A stretch of DNA of 46,612 nucleotides, taken from Gemmatimonadales bacterium (GTDB lineage: Bacteria; Gemmatimonadota; Gemmatimonadetes; Gemmatimonadales; GWC2-71-9). Of this stretch, positions 42,897-46,612 are shown piece after piece (the stretch's first letter is position 1; every line of letters begins with the position of its first letter). The DNA lies in the NCBI GenBank assembly GCA_035266665.1, contig DATFMZ010000156.1, positions 1 to 46,612 on the forward strand, given 5' to 3'. The notes beneath the pieces were generated by a model. That model saw only the letters and a program-made list of their open reading frames with translations. It made no database searches and was not told the DNA's origin. The translations under genes were made by a program, and so were the position numbers.

Positions 42897-45475
42897 CCTT
42901 CCTCCGTCTGTCGCTTGAGGTCCGCGAGGCGCTGAAGTGCCTCGAGAGGGGTCAGGGTGTCCGGGTCGAGCGTGCGGAGCTCGCGCAATACGGGGTGCTC
43001 GGCCTCGAAGAGCTGGAGCTGGGACGCGTCGGGCGCCGGCGGCACCGGACGCCCCGCCACGTGGTGCTCCGACTCGAGGAGGCTCAGGATCTGGCGCGCG
43101 CGGTCGACGACCGTCGGCGGGAGCCCCGCGAGGCGTCCGACGTGGATGCCGTACGAGCGATCCGCACCACCCGGCTCGAGTCGGTGCAGGAACACGATGT
43201 CGTCGCCCGACTCGCGGACGGCCACATTGAAGTTCCGTGCGTGCTGCAGCTCCTCGGTGAGCTGGGTCAACTCGTGATAGTGCGTCGCGAAGATCGTCTT
43301 GCAGCCGACGCCGTCGTGCAGATGTTCGGTCACCGCCCAGGCGATCGCGACGCCGTCGTAGGTCGACGTGCCGCGGCCGATCTCGTCGAGCAGGACCAGA
43401 CTGCGGGTGCTCGCACCGTTCAGGATCGCGCTCGTTTCGCTCATCTCCACCATGAACGTCGATTGGCCGCGGCCGAGATTGTCGCTCGCGCCGACGCGCG
43501 TAAACACGCGATCCACGACGCCGATCGTCGCCGCCTCGGCGGGGACGAACGAACCGAGCTGGGCGAGCACGACCGCGAGGCCGACCTGGCGGAGGATCGT
43601 GGACTTGCCGGCCATGTTGGGGCCGGTGAGCAGGACCACCCGGCCCGCGGCATCGAGCCGCACGTCGTTAGGGATGAACTTCCCGGGCGGGAGCATGCGC
43701 TCGACCACCGGGTGCCGGCACTGGCGCAGATCGAGCACGAACTCGTCGTCGATCGTCGGCCGGACGTAACGCTCGCGCACGGCGGTCTCGGCGAGCGCGG
43801 CGAAGACGTCGAGCTCCGCGAGGCGCCGTGCCGTTCCCTGGATCCGCGAGAGCGCCGAGAGCACGCGCGCGCAGAGGGCGTCGCACAGCTCCCGCTCCCG
43901 GGCCACCGCGCGCTCCTCCGCGCCGAGCACCCGCGCCTCGTACTCCTTCAGCTCGGGCGTCACGTAGCGTTCGGCGTTCGTGAGCGTCTGACGCCGCTCA
44001 TAGTCGTCGGGGACGGCCTCGCGATGCGTCTTCGTGATCTCGATGTAGTACCCGAAGACGCGATTGTATCCCACCTTGAGCGACGCGATGCCGGTGCGCT
44101 CCCGCTCGCGCGCTTGCATCGCGGCGATGAACCGCTTCCCGCCGTCCCGCAGATCGCGCTGCTCGTCGAGCTCGGGATCGGCGCCGGAACGAATCGTGTC
44201 GCCATCGCCGAGCGTGACCGGCGGGCGTTCGGTGAGCGTCGTCGCGAACGCTTCGGCAATGTCGGCCAAGAGATCGAAGCTCGTAGCGACGTCTTCGAGC
44301 CGTGTGCTGGCATCACGCGCCGCGAGCCCGTCGAGTGCGGCGCGCACGTCGGGCAGACGTTGCAGTGAATCGCGCAGGACGCCCAAATCTCGGGGCGATG
44401 CACGCCCGGCCGCCGCACGCCCAGCGAGACGTTCGATGTCGCGTACGCCGTCCAGCGCGTCCCGCAAACGCTCGCGGCCCCGTGCGTCGTCCACGAGCAC
44501 CTGGACCGCGTCGTGCCGGGTGCGGATCGCGTCGGCTTCGCGCAGCGGCGCGAGCACCCACTGCCGGAGGAGTCGTGCCCCCATCGGCGTCACGGTGCGA
44601 TCGAGCACGGCGAGCAGCGTCGTCGTGCGATCGCCCGCCCGCAGGGGTTCCACCAGCTCCAGATTGCGCCGGGTCATCTCATCGAGCGGCATGGTGGCGC
44701 CCGCGCGCCGTACCGTGGGCCGCGCCAGTTGCGGCAGTCCCGCGGGCTGGAGCTCGCGGACGTAGTTGAGCAGGGCACCCGCCGCGGCGAGGGCCGGCCG
44801 ATCGTCGTCGGTGATCCCCAACCCCTCCAGCGACGCGAGACCGAAGCGTCGCTGAATCTCGTCTTCCGCCGCCGTCTGGTCGAACTCCCACGCATCCCGT
44901 TCGGTGTGCATGACGCCGTCGGCGTGCGGGGCCGATCCGCTCGGTACCACGATCTCTTTGGGGTCGAGACGCGCGAGCGCCGACGGAAGATCTCCCGTCA
45001 TGACGGTCTCGAGCAGGAACTCGCCGGTTGACACGTCGAGCGCCGCGAGCCCGGCGGGGCTGCCCGGCGCGAGCGCGACGAGGAAGTTGTTCCGCGAGCC
45101 CTCGAGGAGATCATCGTCGAGCATCGCGCCGGGGGTGACCGTCTCGACCACGGCGCGGCGGACGACGCCTTTCGCCTCCTTGGGGTCTTCGATCTGTTCG
45201 CAGATCGCCACGCGGTGCCCGCGTTCGACCAGCCGGCGCACGTATTCGGTCGCCGCCTTGACCGGCACGCCGGCGAGTGGGACGGCCGTCGCCGCGCCAT
45301 TGTTGCGTGAGGTGAGCGTGAGTCCGAGCTCGCGCGAGGCGAGCTTCGCATCGTCGAAGAACATCTCGTAGAAGTCACCCATCCGGAAGAACAGGATGGC
45401 CTGAGGGTGCCGCGCCTTGATCTCGCGGTACTGCTGCATGAGCGGCGTCTCGGCCGCACCCCCGCCGCGGCTCAC
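42893..45475 (-). CDS. mutS: DNA mismatch repair protein MutS
   Basis: 860 aa. N-terminal TPLMQQYREIKARHPQAILFFRMGDFYEMF, Walker A GPNMAGKST, and DEIGRGTSTYDG. The GTG start overlaps the upstream stop (45472-45475). Confidence 0.97.
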   Translation of the reverse strand: MSRGGGAAETPLMQQYREIKARHPQAILFFRMGDFYEMFFDDAKLASRELGLTLTSRNNGAATAVPLAGVPVKAATEYVRRLVERGHRVAICEQIEDPKEAKGVVRRAVVETVTPGAMLDDDLLEGSRNNFLVALAPGSPAGLAALDVSTGEFLLETVMTGDLPSALARLDPKEIVVPSGSAPHADGVMHTERDAWEFDQTAAEDEIQRRFGLASLEGLGITDDDRPALAAAGALLNYVRELQPAGLPQLARPTVRRAGATMPLDEMTRRNLELVEPLRAGDRTTTLLAVLDRTVTPMGARLLRQWVLAPLREADAIRTRHDAVQVLVDDARGRERLRDALDGVRDIERLAGRAAAGRASPRDLGVLRDSLQRLPDVRAALDGLAARDASTRLEDVATSFDLLADIAEAFATTLTERPPVTLGDGDTIRSGADPELDEQRDLRDGGKRFIAAMQARERERTGIASLKVGYNRVFGYYIEITKTHREAVPDDYERRQTLTNAERYVTPELKEYEARVLGAEERAVARERELCDALCARVLSALSRIQGTARRLAELDVFAALAETAVRERYVRPTIDDEFVLDLRQCRHPVVERMLPPGKFIPNDVRLDAAGRVVLLTGPNMAGKSTILRQVGLAVVLAQLGSFVPAEAATIGVVDRVFTRVGASDNLGRGQSTFMVEMSETSAILNGASTRSLVLLDEIGRGTSTYDGVAIAWAVTEHLHDGVGCKTIFATHYHELTQLTEELQHARNFNVAVRESGDDIVFLHRLEPGGADRSYGIHVGRLAGLPPTVVDRARQILSLLESEHHVAGRPVPPAPDASQLQLFEAEHPVLRELRTLDPDTLTPLEALQRLADLKRQTEEG

Positions 45476-46311
45476 GGCCGTTCCGTCACCACGAATGGGG
45501 AGCCGCCGAGCTTCCGCTTGAGCTCCGCCTGGAGGCGGTCCGCCGCCGCCCGCGTCGTGAAATGCCCCACGCGCACCTTGAGCAGCCCGCTCGCATCGCG
45601 CACGACGCGCGCGTCATAGCCCGCGGTCTGGAGCTGCTGCATCGTCTGATTCGCGGCCACGGCGCTCGAGACCGCCGCGACCTGCACCGCGTAGGTTGTT
45701 CCCGCGGGCGCGGAGGGGGACGCGGGGCGGGCGGTATCGGCGCGCGAGGTGTCGAGTGCGGACGCGGAACAGCGCTGCAGATAGAACCGCGCGCGGTTGG
45801 CGAGCTCGACGTTCGTTCCCGCGGAGTCCACCGCCAATTGCAAGAGGGGACATGCCTCGGCGAGCTTCCCCTGCTCGATCCGGACGCGTCCCGCCCAGAA
45901 GGCTGCGGCCGGCCGGACGGCGGTGAACGGGTAGTCGCTCAGGACCTGATCCACCGAGCGGGCGGCGACCGCAAAGTCGCCCGCGGCAAACGCAAGCTGC
46001 CCGACACGAAGCAGGGCCCGGGGCGCCCAATCCGATTCGGGATGCTCGATGGCGACGCGGCGGTAGTAGGCGAGCGCCGAATCCGCGTTGTCGGCGACGG
46101 CACCGGCCACGTAGAGGACTTCGGCGTACGTGGAGTCGGTGGGGCTGACGTCGTGGAGGCGTTCGCGCACGATGGCGCGCGCGGAGTCACCCTGCCCTTC
46201 ACTCACGAGGCGAAGGGCCGCCACCAGTGTGGAGTCGGACGGCTGCGGTTCCTGGGCGCTCAGGCCCGTGGCGAGCAGCAGGAGCGCCGCACCGAGGACG
46301 AACCGTCTCAT
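45472..46311 (-). CDS. TPR (YbgF-like) plus SPOR-domain periplasmic protein
   Basis: 279 aa from ATG 46311. Signal peptide MRRFVLGAALLLLATGLSAQ, followed by TPR-like repeats. The C-terminal TYAVQVAAVSS...GYDARVV..GLLKVRVGHFTTRAAADRLQAEL is a SPOR fold pattern. Confidence 0.8.
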   Translation of the reverse strand: MRRFVLGAALLLLATGLSAQEPQPSDSTLVAALRLVSEGQGDSARAIVRERLHDVSPTDSTYAEVLYVAGAVADNADSALAYYRRVAIEHPESDWAPRALLRVGQLAFAAGDFAVAARSVDQVLSDYPFTAVRPAAAFWAGRVRIEQGKLAEACPLLQLAVDSAGTNVELANRARFYLQRCSASALDTSRADTARPASPSAPAGTTYAVQVAAVSSAVAANQTMQQLQTAGYDARVVRDASGLLKVRVGHFTTRAAADRLQAELKRKLGGSPFVVTERP

Positions 46312-46612
46312 GCGGCCGCCCGCGTGGCAAGTTGTAGCAACATGGTGCGCAGCAGACCTCGCTCGTCGCTGACGGTAGTGGATTTGAGGGCGCGGTCGGC
46401 GTCGTACGCCGCCGCAATCGCGGCATCGAGCTCCGGGCCGCTCCAGTGTGACGCCGCCTCGGCCCACGTCGCCGCCTCGGTCTTCCAATCCCGGAGCTGT
46501 GGCGGCCGGGCGCCCCGGATGGCGTCGAAGACGGCGCGTGGGAGACGAGACGCCGACGTCCCGGCATCGAGCAGTGCCCGTGCGTGCCGCACGCCGATCA
46601 AGGCGGTCCCGA
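46308..46612 (-). CDS. holA: C-terminal fragment of a probable DNA polymerase III delta subunit, 5' end beyond the window
   Basis: The tail ...AIAAAYDADRALKSTTVSDERGLLRTMLLQL resembles the holA C-terminal domain, assigned from memory. Its stop overlaps the next gene's ATG (ATGA at 46308-46311). The frame is open to the window end. Confidence 0.45.
   Translation of the reverse strand, partial: GTALIGVRHARALLDAGTSASRLPRAVFDAIRGARPPQLRDWKTEAATWAEAASHWSGPELDAAIAAAYDADRALKSTTVSDERGLLRTMLLQLATRAAA

Noticed and set aside
1-46612. CRISPR arrays, tRNA/rRNA genes, transposases and integrases
   Set aside because: Reading both strands revealed no spaced repeat arrays, no cloverleaf-sized conserved RNA apart from rnpB, and no recombinase or transposase motifs. 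Only hairpins and the short tandem 8-mers were found.

Overview
This is a very G+C-rich bacterial chromosomal window centred on the replication-origin gene set. It carries dnaN and dnaA on the minus strand, and rpmH-rnpA-yidD-yidC-mnmE diverging on the plus strand. An AT-rich, DnaA-box-bearing dnaA-dnaN spacer is the best oriC candidate. A type-A RNase P RNA (rnpB) lies about 3 kb away. Other housekeeping genes are polA, a cold-shock protein, pyrE, mutS, ddl, queD and cystathionine beta-synthase. Many cell-envelope genes are present: a GWxTD lipoprotein, an Slt-like lytic transglycosylase, lipoprotein/beta-barrel pairs, a Bor-like lipoprotein, a TonB-C lipoprotein and a SPOR/TPR protein. The gene content (GWxTD) and composition suggest a Gemmatimonadota-like organism; this is inference only, and no database search was run. 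No mobile elements, CRISPR arrays, tRNAs or rRNAs were seen. Gene packing is extreme, with many ATGA/GTGA stop-start overlaps. The most unusual items are listed here.

- A transporter, nucleotidyltransferase and GHMP-kinase cassette that may be an uncharacterised sugar-salvage route.
- A three-copy GCACCGGTA operator in the divergent promoter of a CGNR zinc-finger regulator.
- An operon of three envelope genes (two unknown, one Bor-like).
- A membrane protein made of three internal repeats.
- A minimal pore-loop channel-like protein with a non-canonical filter.
- Three gene junctions with overlap geometry but no canonical start codon.

Many long ORFs in the track are antisense or read-through artefacts of the high G+C content. 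All family assignments come from motif recognition by eye.
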